This document shows, piece by piece, positions 25,227 through 37,052 of a stretch of DNA of 64,000 nt. The stretch is from Podarcis vaucheri. Its lineage: Eukaryota. Both the position numbers and the translations under genes were made by a program. The stretch lies in assembly GCA_965113315.1 (NCBI GenBank), contig OZ220372.1, one strand, 5' to 3'. How positions within the stretch are numbered: the first letter of the stretch is position 1; each line of letters begins with the position of its first letter. The notes beneath the pieces were generated by a model. That model made no database searches and had not been told where the DNA came from. It saw nothing but the letters and a program-made list of their open reading frames with translations.

Positions 25227-25317
25227 CCTATCAGATGTTTTCCGACCCCAAAGCAGAACATGGAACCGTGCTATCACAGAAAGCAAGTCTTCAGAAAGAC
25301 TGCCATCATCATGCAGG
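25227..25317 (-). ncRNA. Candidate orphan box C/D snoRNA-like element
   Basis: C box ATGATGA (25306-25312), D box CTGA (25231-25234), terminal stem CCTG/TAGG in k-turn register; same strand as the host gene. Confidence 0.3.
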
Positions 25318-26106
25318 TGCAGGTGGTAAAATTAAGATGCACGGTGATGCTTATTTAATCAAACAACTCCAGAGTTCACTCCTCAGTTAATTTCCACTTC
25401 AGAAAAGGGCTATCGAGAACAAACTGAAGGCTGCAGGTCCAGTGGAGTACAGAGAAGTTGCTGGTTTACTGAAATTCCCATAAAAGATGCCAGACCAGGT
25501 AAATCTTGGTCTGATGCAGTGCAAGATTTACCTTCTTAAACAAAAGTACATACTCAGGAACACTTGACAGTTATGCCTCAATAGTTAAGAGATCCCAAGC
25601 ACACACACAGGAGTGCTACTAGCATAGAAATTCTAGCTGAGAGTGAGAGACTGTAAGAGGCCATGGCAGAGTCAAGTCAGCCCCTCTCTGACCTTGCAGG
25701 CATCCTGCTTTTCACGCAGCTCAAACAAAACACAGCTTTACAACTACAGCTTTAGTTGAAATAACTGTGATCTAAAACAGGAAATATGTCTCCCTTAGGA
25801 CAAAACTGAATGTTAAATGCAGTGAACTCAAGATGCAAACATGCATGCTTTTCTGTGCACTGTTTCATACAGAGGAAAAAATAATGGCTTTACTGCAAAA
25901 GCTTTGAACTTATCTAAAGCATATGGAGAGTTTATATTAACATCCTAATTTCTGAAACAGGAAGAAAAAGTCAATTGATGCAACAAGGCACTTGGCTTGC
26001 ATGGGAAGTAATCTGCTGAGTATGCTATAAATATAAGTGCATGCCTGCCTATATCTAATATAATTTTTCACAGCAGGTGCAATGTTGTACCCAAGCATTT
26101 TCTTAC

Positions 26107-26195
26107 CTGTTTTGGTAACTGTAATATGTAGCATCTCGTGGGATTGTGCATAACTGTTTGCCATAGCAACATAAAGTCTGTGGTGAAAACTCCAA
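26107..26195 (-). CDS. EP300: EP300 exon 19 (89 nt; RING N-half)
   Basis: ttcag|TTGGAG...AAACAG|gtaaga; LEFSPQTLCCYGKQLCTIPRDATYYSYQN. Confidence 0.95.
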
Positions 26196-26935
26196 CTGAA
26201 AAGAGAGGGGAACGCAGGTTGCTTACAGGTATCCAAGAAATAAGACACTTTAAAGCAAAGTTTCAAAAGCTGCTACAAAAGCAGCAGAAGCACAGATCCC
26301 ACCCAATGAGGGCATGCACACTATCTCCAGAGGGCAGGCTGGGCACCAAATTTTCCTAATGGATAAGCTCTAGAAGGTTCCAGACACTGTCCTGAAGAGG
26401 CAGAAAGCCCATACTTGGGATTGCACAGAAACCTCAGGTTTTTGTTTATAAGTATTCATGAAGTATCAGTGGTGGTAGTTCAGTATCAACACTGTCCGCC
26501 CCTCCCCAAGCTCCTAGAATCAGAGCACAACCTACAAATGTTGTGGTGCTAATGATGATTCCTGTACAACATAACATTTATTAGGCAGTAGTTTTATCCA
26601 TTTGGAATGCTGTTTACCCCAAAGAAAACCTTGCCATCAAAATGTTTTATACACAACTACATGTAGGGGTAGACCAGGGACAATAAACTTCTTAGCCTTG
26701 GAGGACCATCTGCTTTATTGCTTACATGCAGTAGGAAAACAACTGAATGTTGTATTTAATGATGAACATTAAGACTCTGGAGTAAGTACTGAACACAATT
26801 TAAGACAATCCTAAAATAGTTCACCATACTTGATTTCTATATTAGCATTCAAAACAGACTTAAAGGATCCTTAAAATTAGACATTGAAGTGTTTGGGTAA
26901 TTTCCTGAAATTCAGCTTAAGATGACTCTCCTTAC

Positions 26936-27175
26936 CTTTCGTCCACAACAATAGCCAAGGCTCTGCATAACTGGATCAATTTCCTGCTCAAACACCTCTG
27001 CCAGCTTGGAACAGTACTTATATACTCTAGATGTTTTGCGGTTGTAAAGCCAGGCATTGTTGAACATGAGCCAAATATCATCGACATACTGCCAGGGCTC
27101 CTGGTACTGTCCTGTGTCAAGCTTCCTCTTGATTGTAGAAAGATCCATGGGGTTCTTTACTATATCAAAGTAATC
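26936..27175 (-). CDS. EP300: EP300 exon 18 (240 nt; bromodomain)
   Basis: ttcag|GATTAC...CGAAAG|gtaagg; DYFDIVKNPMDLSTIKRKL...GYCCGRK. Confidence 0.96.
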
Positions 27176-27469
27176 CTGAAAAATAAATAAATAAGAATTC
27201 TGAACCCTTGGGTGCAGACCTGGAATGTCTTTGCTTATCTCATCTACAAAAGCCTGAAACCCCATCTCAGAAAGTAATGGGTAAGACATTTGCTTTCGGT
27301 CAGACAAATTTAAAAATGCCCAATACAGAAGACAACTTTGCTTTGAAGGAGACTAATCTGAAAAAAAGAAAAAGGAAAAAGATGGAGCTACAGGATTTTG
27401 TTGTTACACACCAAAGCCCTGGAAAAGTAGTTACGCATTGAGAGAAATGTTTCTTTTCAATACACTTAC

Positions 27470-27588
27470 AGGAATTCCTAGTAGTTGGGGATCCACAGGC
27501 TGTCGGAAGGGAAGGGACTCTGGGTCCTGACGGTAAAGTGCCTCCAAAGTTGGCATAAGTGCCTGCCTCAACTCTTCTGGCTTGAAAA
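27470..27588 (-). CDS. EP300: EP300 exon 17 (119 nt; bromodomain)
   Basis: cacaag|TTTTCAAG...ATTCCT|gtaagt; FKPEELRQALMPTLEALYRQDPESLPFRQPVDPQLLGIP. Confidence 0.95.
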
Positions 27589-27992
27589 CTTGTGAAAGGA
27601 GACACATAACATAAAATTAACCAAGAGAATTAGAAATCTGATTAACATCAAGACAATGCTTCATTTCCAGTTTCCCCACTCATTATCCAATGGTGAAGTG
27701 TTAGGCACTGACTAATTTACAATAGTCAGAACAGGAATTTGATATGGAACAACAGTAGGAATTAAAAATATTTTACTCAAGAGCTAATGTGCACAGTAAA
27801 TGTAAAGTTTGGCTAATAAAAAAAATAATAGTTAAATTTCATAGGCCTGTCTCCTAACCAGTGTTTCGTTAGACAAGGCACATCCTTCTATGGCTGTCCT
27901 ATTACCGAAATGTTAACATGTGATGTTCAAGTCTCAAACTTAAGAAAACTACACAGCTTCTCTATGTAGCTGAAAAGAAACAGTAAACTTAC

Positions 27993-28149
27993 TTTTCCTC
28001 TTTGACTGTCCTGAAGCTGGTGAAGACTGAGTACCTGGAGTACTAGGTCTTTCCTCCTCTTCCTTCACTTCTTGCTTCACTTCTGGTTTTTTCTCTTCTT
28101 GCTCTGTTGATTCAGATTTGCATTCCTCAGACATGGATTCTACCTTAAC
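27993..28149 (-). CDS. EP300: EP300 exon 16 (157 nt; CRD1 region, VKQE/VKEE SUMO-type motifs)
   Basis: ttccag|GTTAAG...AGGAAAA|gtaagt; EVKQEVKEEEE...TQSSPASGQSKRK. Confidence 0.92.
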
Positions 28150-28279
28150 CTGGAAAAGTAGGAAGACATTTATGAGCAAAAAAGCAATAATAATAATAAT
28201 AATAATAATAAATTACCACACCTTCAAGAATAATAATGAAGAAAGCGGCTGGGTGACACTGTATGTACTCCCTCTATTG

Positions 28280-29095
28280 CAGTGGTGGCGAACCTATGGC
28301 ACGTGTGCCAGAGTGGGTTGTGATGGTGTGGGTTTGGATCCGAAGCAGGTTTGGATTTTTATTTTTTATTTTGGCAGGGAGTGACAACTCAGCTAGCCAT
28401 CGATAAACAGAAGGGTCTGTCTCTTACCCTTGAGGACAGCAGGCTCGGGCTGTGCTGCTGTTTTCAAGATCCAAGATGCAGAGCGGGGTGGGGGCAGAGA
28501 AGGAGCCTGCCCTCTGACACCAGGGAGGGGAGTGCTACGGTGGGCCACACTTGTGCAAAGCAAAACACACACACGGGAGAGGGGGCAGCTTTGCAATGTG
28601 CCACATCAGGATGCTTCTGCCTGGCTTTTGCATAAGCCTGATTTCCCTGCCTTTCCCTCCTCCTTTTTTTGAACTCAGAAGGAGGTTGCTCTTTCGCCTG
28701 TGTTGGAGAGCACAGACCAGGTGGGGAAGAGGGAGAGCCAGTGAGAGGGCGGGCGAGGCGCAGAAGGCGTGAATGTCATGAAAAGGGGCTGGAAGAAGTG
28801 AAGGGGTGGAGGCAAGCTGCTCCTTGAAGACACCTCACAACAGGAGACCTTGCTGCCTGCACGCTGCGAAGCCAATGAGCCTCAGTTCTCCTTCCTGCCC
28901 GCCCAACCCAACAGAGCAACTCCAGCTTCCCTGGTGAATGGGTCGGTCAGCCAGCTCCGGGTTTTCCCGAGTCCCACGCTGAGTCCTCTGTCTGTGTCTG
29001 TCAGTTTCCTCTCTGCTTTTCTCTTGTTCTCCGATGCCCGGGAGAGAAGCGCCGAAGGGGCCGCAGAGAGAGAGAAACAGACACACACACACACT
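28280..29095. mobile_element. GC-rich, TE-like composite insertion starting with a hAT-like terminus
   Basis: CAGTGGTGGCGAACCTATGGCACG terminus, then GC/CpG-rich sequence unlike the flanking intron; no matching right TIR seen. Confidence 0.45.
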
Positions 29096-29099
29096 TCCC

Positions 29100-29365
29100 C
29101 ACTACTACTACTAATAATAATAATAATAAATTTTATTTATACCCCACCCTCCCCGGCCAGAGCCGGGCTCAGGGCGGCTAACACCAATAAAACCACAGTA
29201 AAAACATAATAGAGGAAAAAGAGAGGGGGGGGAACCAATTTAAAATACAGGTTAAAATAAAATTTTAAATGCAGCCTCATTTTAAAATAGCTGATAAATC
29301 AAGACCATAAGGGGAGGGAAACATAAGGGTCAGACCGAGTCCAAACCAAAGGCCAGGCGGAACAT
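29100..29365 (-). mobile_element. L2-like LINE 3' end with (TAA/CTA)n tail
   Basis: ttttatttataccccaccc...gggcggct 3' UTR motif next to the tail repeat. Confidence 0.6.
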
Positions 29366-30114
29366 GCAGGGAAAGTATCCCAAGAGTGCTTCACAACACA
29401 CAAGTGCTGTCAAATTAATAGTGCATATGAATTTACAGCAAGGCCACTGGGATCAGCACTTCCAGAAAGCCAAATATTTCACCACCAGCATGAAAAGAAG
29501 CCACAGATAAATTATTGTTCTCTGCAGGTGTGGCTTGCGCTATAACCATAAAACAATTTTTTTAGTCTGGGTCTTCTGACGTCACAATGAGTTTTTGCAC
29601 CAAAAAGAGTGTGTGTCAATGAGACATCAGGTGACCCCACCCACCTGTTAAAATGGACCACAGGATGGGGGTGGTTCAGAATCTGACCAGCTGGCCAGAA
29701 TCTGTTCCCCACACAAGTGCTACTAATTAAACTGCTTGGTCATCACTTGAGAGAAAACTTCTAACCCCGCTTGTATCATGCATCAGAGACTACAGAGACA
29801 GGAGATCTGGATCAAAAAAACAAAACTGAAATGTTTTAAAAATTAGTGCATTGACTTTCCTAATCAGCAAGTCAGACTGGTATAGTAGATAAAGTAGCAA
29901 TTTGGGTAGACCTGAGCTAAAATCCATGACATTTACAGGGCGACCTTGAGCCACTTACTCTCTTTTCAGCCTAATCTACTTCATAGGGTTGAGTGGATAT
30001 ATTGCAGCCCCCCCCTTTCCCGTATCCCTCCTGTTCTTCTTGGAAGAAAAAGATCCAGATGTGATCAAATGAATGAATTCCTAGGCATATCCAGTGTGCA
30101 TGCCACACTCTCAC

Positions 30115-30306
30115 CTCTGGCTTCTCCTCCATTTGAAGATCTGTTTGTTCTGACTCCTCCTCTTCCATTTTAATCTCCATTTTAATTTCAGGCAAAGGCT
30201 GCTGCTGCTGCTGTTCAGAAGCAGCCTGTTGAGAGTTCACATCTGCACTGTTGGTAGATGGTGGGTTTGATACTTGCCCATCAATGTTTGCACCTGGATG
30301 TGAAAG
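30115..30306 (-). CDS. EP300: EP300 exon 15 (192 nt)
   Basis: tgtag|CTTTCACAT...CCAGAG|gtgaga; IDGQVSNPPST...EIKMEIKME. Confidence 0.91.
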
Positions 30307-30782
30307 CTACAGAATGAAAGCAACAAAACTAGTAAAGCTACATGTCAAGTAGTGCTACACAGTTTTGCAGCAATTGTATTCTTTGCTTTATTTTGTGCTT
30401 CTAAGCTAGGTGGTATCTCAAGCAACTTATGCCATGTGCATCTCAATAAGAAGAGGCACTACACACAAAAAACCCAGTATCTTAATACTAGCCTACCACA
30501 GAATTATGTCTAGCTATACCACTTTCTGTACCTTCCTCCCCAGAAATCACACACACATATTTTTATCAGACATCTGTAGCTGAATTAATTCTTTGAAACT
30601 GCTATACAAAAGACAGCATGCATTCCAAAGTCCAGCATACTGTTCTATACCTTCATGCAATGCATGCTATTGAGACAGCAGAAACCATTTAGCCTTTGAT
30701 ACTGTATATAACAACCTAAAAAGATTTTGCCCAAGGTTGGACTTTCACTCTTAATAGCCCTAGAAAACTTAAACTTCCTTAC

Positions 30783-31051
30783 GGGTGTTGTAGGATGCTG
30801 AGGCTGCAGTGCTGCTGTAGGGGTGGGCACAGATGCAGTCGTGCTCTGCTGCGAAAGAGGTTGCTGTGGCAGCTGCTGCTCTGCAGAAGGGGTAACAGAA
30901 ACTGGAGGCTGCACTTGCGGAGTCAGCTGAGCCTGGGGAGGTGTTGGGGTCTGCCTCTGTGGGGGGTGCATAGTTTGTGATGGTGGTCCAGGTGGCATCG
31001 CTTGAGGAACAGTGGCAGGAGCAGACGCAATTGTTGCCTGTGGTGGTGCTG

Positions 31052-31086
<35 letters not shown>

Positions 31087-31259
31087 GATACCAGTCCTGG
31101 GGGTGTATGGTGAGGTGTGGGAGTACGACTTGGTACTGGAGAAGGAGAGTTTCGATGTAAAGTAGACTGTGGAATAGGAGGGCAATGAATATGACTCCCT
31201 TGAGAACCTGGCGCCACTACTGGAGAAGTCACAGGACAGGAAGAGCTGGTCATTTGTGC
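30783..31259 (-). CDS. EP300: EP300 exon 14 (477 nt; Pro/Gln-rich, contains Q11)
   Basis: cgacag|GCACAAATG...ACACCC|gtaagg; GSHIHCP...SPSPVPSRTPTPHHTPP. Confidence 0.92.
31053..31085 (-). repeat. Coding (CAG)10CAA, Q11 in exon 14
   Basis: In frame with exon 14. Confidence 0.9.
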
Positions 31260-31716
31260 CTGTCGAAAAAAAGAATTGTCAGTATCTGAATAAACTATGT
31301 TCGGTATCAACAACTGAAAGTCCCAGGGTCAGATCTAGTCTCCATCAGCTCCTGCTCCCTCAGTTTGGAACACAAAGGAGAAAAGGATGTGGAGGGAGTG
31401 GTGTGACTTGCAGGCAGCTCACATCGGAGAATGGATGGAGCTTTGGCCCATCCTCCTCCTTCTCCCACTCAGTGGCAGTCCTGTAGAACTACTTGCCAAC
31501 CAATTTGAATTTGAGTAAAATGGAAGGCAGTGCACATAGAACTTAAGGATAAGTACTAAGTACACTTGCCTGAAAGATGGTCCTCACGAGATAATCAGTA
31601 GTGCCAGTAACTGGCTTGAATTAATAATTTTGCTCCCTTTTTATCATTCATTCAGGTCTACCACACACACAAACAAATCCACAAAGAGCCTGCCAACAGA
31701 ACTTCTCTCAACATAC

Positions 31717-31869
31717 TTGAGACGTGGGAGTCTGATTGCCAGGTTGAGTCATAGGCGTGCTTGTTGGATTCATTCCAGGAGACAATGTAGGATATTGGGC
31801 CTGCTGAAGGAACTGACTTTGATTGGAAGGTTGTGACACCCCTTGTTGCATACGTGGGGAAAATCCCAT
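31717..31869 (-). CDS. EP300: EP300 exon 13 (153 nt)
   Basis: ttacag|ATGGGATTT...TCTCAA|gtatgt; MGFSPRMQQ...PTSQ. Confidence 0.9.
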
Positions 31870-32328
31870 CTGTAACAAAGTATTTATTATGAATGAATAA
31901 AACATTGTATCAAGCTAATAGTCAGTGTTAAGAATGACATAGTATTTCCAGACATTAACATAGCAAATTTATTGATACCCTCTTATCAGATAAGTTGCCA
32001 GGGACTATCATGGCCAGAGACTTAAATGGTACTGCCTCTGGATTCTCAGCCCAGTAGCCCAATAAAATTCATTATTTGAAGCATGTTGCAGGTCTAACTT
32101 AGTTAACATAACTGGTTAAAATATGAACAGTACTCCCTATTTAGAGAGTGGACTACCAACACATTTAAATACATAGGGTGGTATTCAAGGTAGATCCACC
32201 AAAATTAATAAACATGACCAAGTTAGATCTCTTAATTTCAACAGGTCTACTCTGAGCAGGACTTGAGTCAAACAGCACCTATATAGTTTGGGCACAGCAG
32301 CCAACAATGGAAAGCAAAGTCAACCAAC

Positions 32329-32438
32329 CTGGTTCATGGTCCCCGTCTGGCTTAGCTGTCCAGGGTGCTGAAGGGGAGGAGTTTGCCGGGGTCCAACTGA
32401 CTGCATTTGCATGGTCATCTGGCCAAACTGATTCATTC
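32329..32438 (-). CDS. EP300: EP300 exon 12 (110 nt)
   Basis: ttccag|GAATGAATCAG...AACCAG|gttggt; GMNQFGQMTMQMQSVGPRQTPPLQHPGQLSQTGTMNQ. Confidence 0.91.
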
Positions 32439-33353
32439 CTGGAAGTTTACATGTTTAAACAAGATTGGTGAGTTCATCAGAATATTTATACTATGCCACA
32501 CAAAAAGTTAAATTTGTAAGAATCAGAGAAGGATGGGAATCTTTTAAATAGGCAAGAAAGAAGGAGGAAGATGTCAGGGACAAACCAGTATCAGGACTGT
32601 GTGCAAGAGAATAAGGAGACACAAGGGAGTGTGAAGCTTGAAGTTAAAATGAATAGAGACAGGAAGCAAAGGCAAACAGGAACTTTATCATGGCACTGGA
32701 AAGAGACACTTACAGCACAGACATTCTGAAACAAATCAAGAGAGGAAAATGTACCAGAAATGCAGAAAAATCAAGAAAACAGCTTGGGGAAAATGATTAC
32801 ATATGGACATGGCCTGTTGCAATAAAAAGAAAAGGGTGGCTCTTAGAGACACTGTAAAGTATGTGGAAATATTTTGGCAACTGACACTGCTGCTGCTGTG
32901 TCCTGCCATTCCACTGCCATGTCCTGCCCAATGCTGCTGTCGGCCTCTCACATCTGGACATACTGACCCAACATGTGCCAGCACTTTGGAATCTATGCCA
33001 ACTCAGTGCTCAGCTCTGATCTGCTTGTGGTAGCTTGACATTTTAGAATGATGTTGGACACTGCATGATGGGCAATGTCAAGCATAGCATTTGGGGCAAT
33101 TTACATTGGCAGGCAGCTGCCAAGCACTAGCTCAGCACCCATTCCAAAGCATGCCATGCAGGAAACATATCTGGAGGAAGGTGAATAACTGATGGTGGTG
33201 GCATGCTGTGGCAGCACCGAAGTGGGAGCCGAATAGGGTGGAAGCACTGTCAGGTAGGGGACCATGCTGGAGCTAGCATGGGAAGCGGTAGAGACAATGA
33301 AAAGTCCCTACTATAGTGCCAAGTTGTTCAGCTCTCTTTTTCTGAACTCTTAC

Positions 33354-33431
33354 CTGATGGTGTCTGCATTCGATTCACCATCTGGTTTGGCACATTGGCA
33401 CGAATCATAGATGGATCGGGAAGAGGACCAT
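33354..33431 (-). CDS. EP300: EP300 exon 11 (78 nt)
   Basis: ttacag|ATGGTCC...CCATCAG|gtaaga; GPLPDPSMIRANVPNQMVNRMQTPS. Confidence 0.92.
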
Positions 33432-34188
33432 CTGTAATGTAGTTGAACACCAAAATTAAAGAATTCAGACATTTTCATTTTTAAAAAAGTCAGTTTAGGG
33501 TAAGGGGAGCTTTAATTCTTAAATTCTTGGACATATTTCAGCATTTGGGGAATATTAACTTTTACATCTAGGATGTTAAATACCTAACAGCAGCACTATC
33601 TTTATAAAATTCAGCAGTTGATCAACCAAGTTCTATTTTCAAGAACCAAATGTATCTTTAGAAATGAAATGCCAGGATGAAGGGCATTATTCTGAAGGTA
33701 CTTTCAACAGAATATGAAAGCATGCACAGTTCTCCAAGCATCCTCCCTGAAATTGACGATTATGTATCACAAGCAGAACAAAGGAAACCTTAAACAGAAC
33801 TATATATAACTGAAGAGAGATTAAAGGGTGTAATGTCATTTGTGTAGAACTATTCGTTTTAATGATCAAATGATTGCAATTATACAGATATATCAGAATG
33901 CTGATAATGAGTTAGCCGTTTTCACACATGCTTGTCCCAATGCCTCCTTTCACACAGACACAACTACTTTGCCATGTTTTCACACTATGCACTTCTGGGC
34001 TCTGAACAAATCACACAACTATACGGGGTGAAGGCTCATATGGGTTATTCCCTCTGTACCCAGATGTAGGATGACTGTCACCCCTGTAATTCTTGAGTCC
34101 CCAAGAATCAAATAGATTCAAATGTCTATTGTTGTTGTTAAATTCATTGGTATTGTTAAATCAAACTTTGTAAGGGTACAACACTTAC

Positions 34189-34360
34189 TTGCTGTCATCA
34201 CGGGTTGTGGCTGCCCCATGGGCCCCTGACTGATAGGAGCTGGTGGCATGACTGGGGCATTTGGTATCATATTCTGCCTTTGTAGCCTGGTCCTCCTCTT
34301 TTCCTCCAGTTCCTTCTGGATCTTATAAATTTTCTCTGCTAATAAGTGGTAGTACTCTGC
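34189..34360 (-). CDS. EP300: EP300 exon 10 (172 nt; KIX end)
   Basis: tgcag|GCAGAG...ACAGCAA|gtaagt; AEYYHLLAEKIYKIQKELEEKRR. Confidence 0.95.
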
Positions 34361-35903
34361 CTGCAATGAGAAAAGTATATGAGATGCATCCATAAGGAAA
34401 GCTTACAATATAAATATTTACAATCCACCCGAGACTGAAGGAATCCTCCAGCTACACCATATTAAGTGGTAATCTTTTTTTCCTGCACAGAAAACAGTGG
34501 CCACATTCTCATTAGAATTTCATTTTAATCCATACTAGTAAAATGCTGATCCTTGTGATGGATGCTATACACACATAGAAGGTTGCCCTTCATACTGTAC
34601 TGACCTAGAAAGGGGGAGTGGGGAGAATGTGACTGGGGTCCCCATCAGTAGAGGCCAGGATACTTTGAAGTACCAGGGAGTGGTCTTGTACATGTAAGCC
34701 CAGGAAATCAAGATTCAGTGCCTTACTTCCTATGGCAAAACTGTTCAATTTACACTTCAAGTCTGGCAGATTGTGCTCCGTAATTCAAGGGCATCATCTA
34801 GGCTGCAGTTCTAGGTTGCCTGAGCATTCAGTCAGCTGACCACAAATACAAGTATCTAGTCAGCAGGCCCTATAAAATACTAGCCTCAAAAGTTTACTCC
34901 TTATTCCAAGTAACTCATCACTGGAATGAGCCTACACCAGAATGATATTTTGCTAATATCCTTTGTTTGTAGCTTTGGAACTCAGCCTCTGCCTCCTGCT
35001 TCAACTGACAGACAGTGCTCTACTAGGTCCCAGAATACAAGGTCTCAGAGTCTGTCCTTTGCATGCAAATACCTAGTGTCTGGCATGGTGGGCAGGTTTG
35101 GCCATAAGGCAACATTGTCCCAACTGCAGCACTTCATTACTGGAGTAAATGGACAAAAGCAAAGGAGTATAACCAGGAGAACTACTGAAATGGGGGCTAG
35201 TTTCTTGGTCAGAGCAGGTTTCATTCCTCACATTTGCTAAATACTATCCTATTTATATGAGGTATAGCAGGAACTACTCAGAACCAGGGCTTTGTCACCC
35301 CAATCTGGCTTTTTTCTTGGTGAAAATAGCAGCAGTGGGGAACCTCTGGCCCACAGTCCAAACCAGAGTTTCATATTTGGCCTGCAAAGCAGTTTCCTCC
35401 AAAGTATGTCACATATGACATCAGGTGTGGGGTAGGTAGAGATGCAGCTGCCAATGCAGCTGTTGATACACAACTATGAGCCTGAAAGGGTGCCACTGAC
35501 TGTGTCCTGGCAGGGAAAGCAGACTTTGCCTCTACAAAGTTAAAGCTTTGAACACTTTAAAGCACTGTGCAGGGCTCTTTGCAATGATGCCATTCTGACA
35601 TCCAGTGATTGACAGGAGGGTAGACACAAAGCTAGCATCTACTAGGGATCTGGCTTGCAAAGCCTAAAATGTTTCCTACTCCTAAAATAGAATATGTTTG
35701 AATCCTTGGAACTTGCTTCAGAGAAAATTGGAATTTGCTACAAATGATGATTCAGTAGTATTACTGAAGCATTCCTTCCAAATACTTATTACAATGGAAA
35801 AGAACATGACTGGCTTTTGATCAACATAATTATAGAAATGACAAAAAGACAAATCAATTTATAAATTAGTACTTTGATACCAGAAAATTACAAAATAACT
35901 TAC

Positions 35904-36021
35904 CCTGCTATTTGCTGATTCATACATGTCGCCTTCTACTTTCCGAGCATAGGAAACAAGATTTGCCATGCGCCTATCTTTTAGTGCTGCAGGGTCAGGA
36001 GTTGGAAATATGGCTTGTACT
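35904..36021 (-). CDS. EP300: EP300 exon 9 (118 nt; KIX)
   Basis: tgcag|AGTACAA...AGCAGG|gtaagt; [39 protein letters not shown]. Confidence 0.95.
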
Positions 36022-36916
36022 CTGCAAGAATATAGAGGGAAACCTTGAACCAACTATTTGTCTCCTGAACTTCTGGATCCAAAAATCTAATGCCCACAGC
36101 TAGAGTTTATGTTATTCTTAATTTTTGTCAACTTCTGGTAAAAGCCAAGAACAATCATAGATGGGAATTCTGTAGCTGTACTGGACCAAGAGGTACAAAT
36201 TGTCTAATTCAACTCACTGAAAGCTTGCAACATCCAGAAAACATAAGATGCCTTAATTAGGAATAGGTGTTCAGTACAAATATGAAATTAGCTGCTGTGA
36301 TGCTAGCTCACAGGCAGAACAAATTCTGGAATAAGAAATTGAAGAGAATCCAGCAGAGTATAGCTTGGTACAGCAGGAAGAAAGAGAGAGTCATGATAAC
36401 TGTTTCTCAGGCAAAACAAGCTTTTATAACCTTGTTATTTCTGGGAATGCGACTGATCCAGTAGAATCACCTTACAGCCTCAGAGGAAATGATAAGTCTT
36501 CTGAACCTTTCAATCTGTAACATGAAGTGTCTTACCACAAGGGGCAGCAGAGCATAGATCCAAAAGTTCTCAGTTCTAGGTCCAGGGATTCCTAACAAAA
36601 GGCTACTTTCCACTCATACGCTCTTTGAATATGATGTCTGAATAAGAACCAAAGTTTGCCACACTGAAACATCTATTGTCTCAATAAAACATGTCTTGAC
36701 TGGGCCAGAAGACAGACAACAAAACCAATCCTCATCCAATCAGTGCAGTATGTGAATTATGATTAAGAACTGTCCCTTACTCAACAGTGTGAGCAACACT
36801 GTTACCTACAGCACTACTAAACAAGCCCCTGAAGCATGATAGCAAACACGGCCTGGGCTTTTTCTTTTCAATTCACCTGTTTTTCCCCATCATGAAGAAA
36901 TGGCAATGGTCTAGAT

Positions 36917-37052
36917 CAGGCATAGGCAAACTCAGCCCTCCAGATGTTTTGGGACTACAATTCCCATCATCCCTGACCACTGGTCCTGTTAGCTAGGGAT
37001 GATGGGAGTTGTAGTCCCAAAACATCTGGAGGGCCGAGTTTGCCTATGCCTG
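36917..37052. mobile_element. Palindromic hAT-type MITE
   Basis: Near-perfect ~60-bp inverted arms CAGGCATAGGCAAACTC...GAGTTTGCCTATGCCTG; perfect 8-bp TSD GTCTAGAT. Confidence 0.88.

Noticed and set aside
29397-29730. Short direct repeat CACACAAGTGCT..AATTAA about 310 bp apart
   Set aside because: Too short and degenerate; no element definable between the copies
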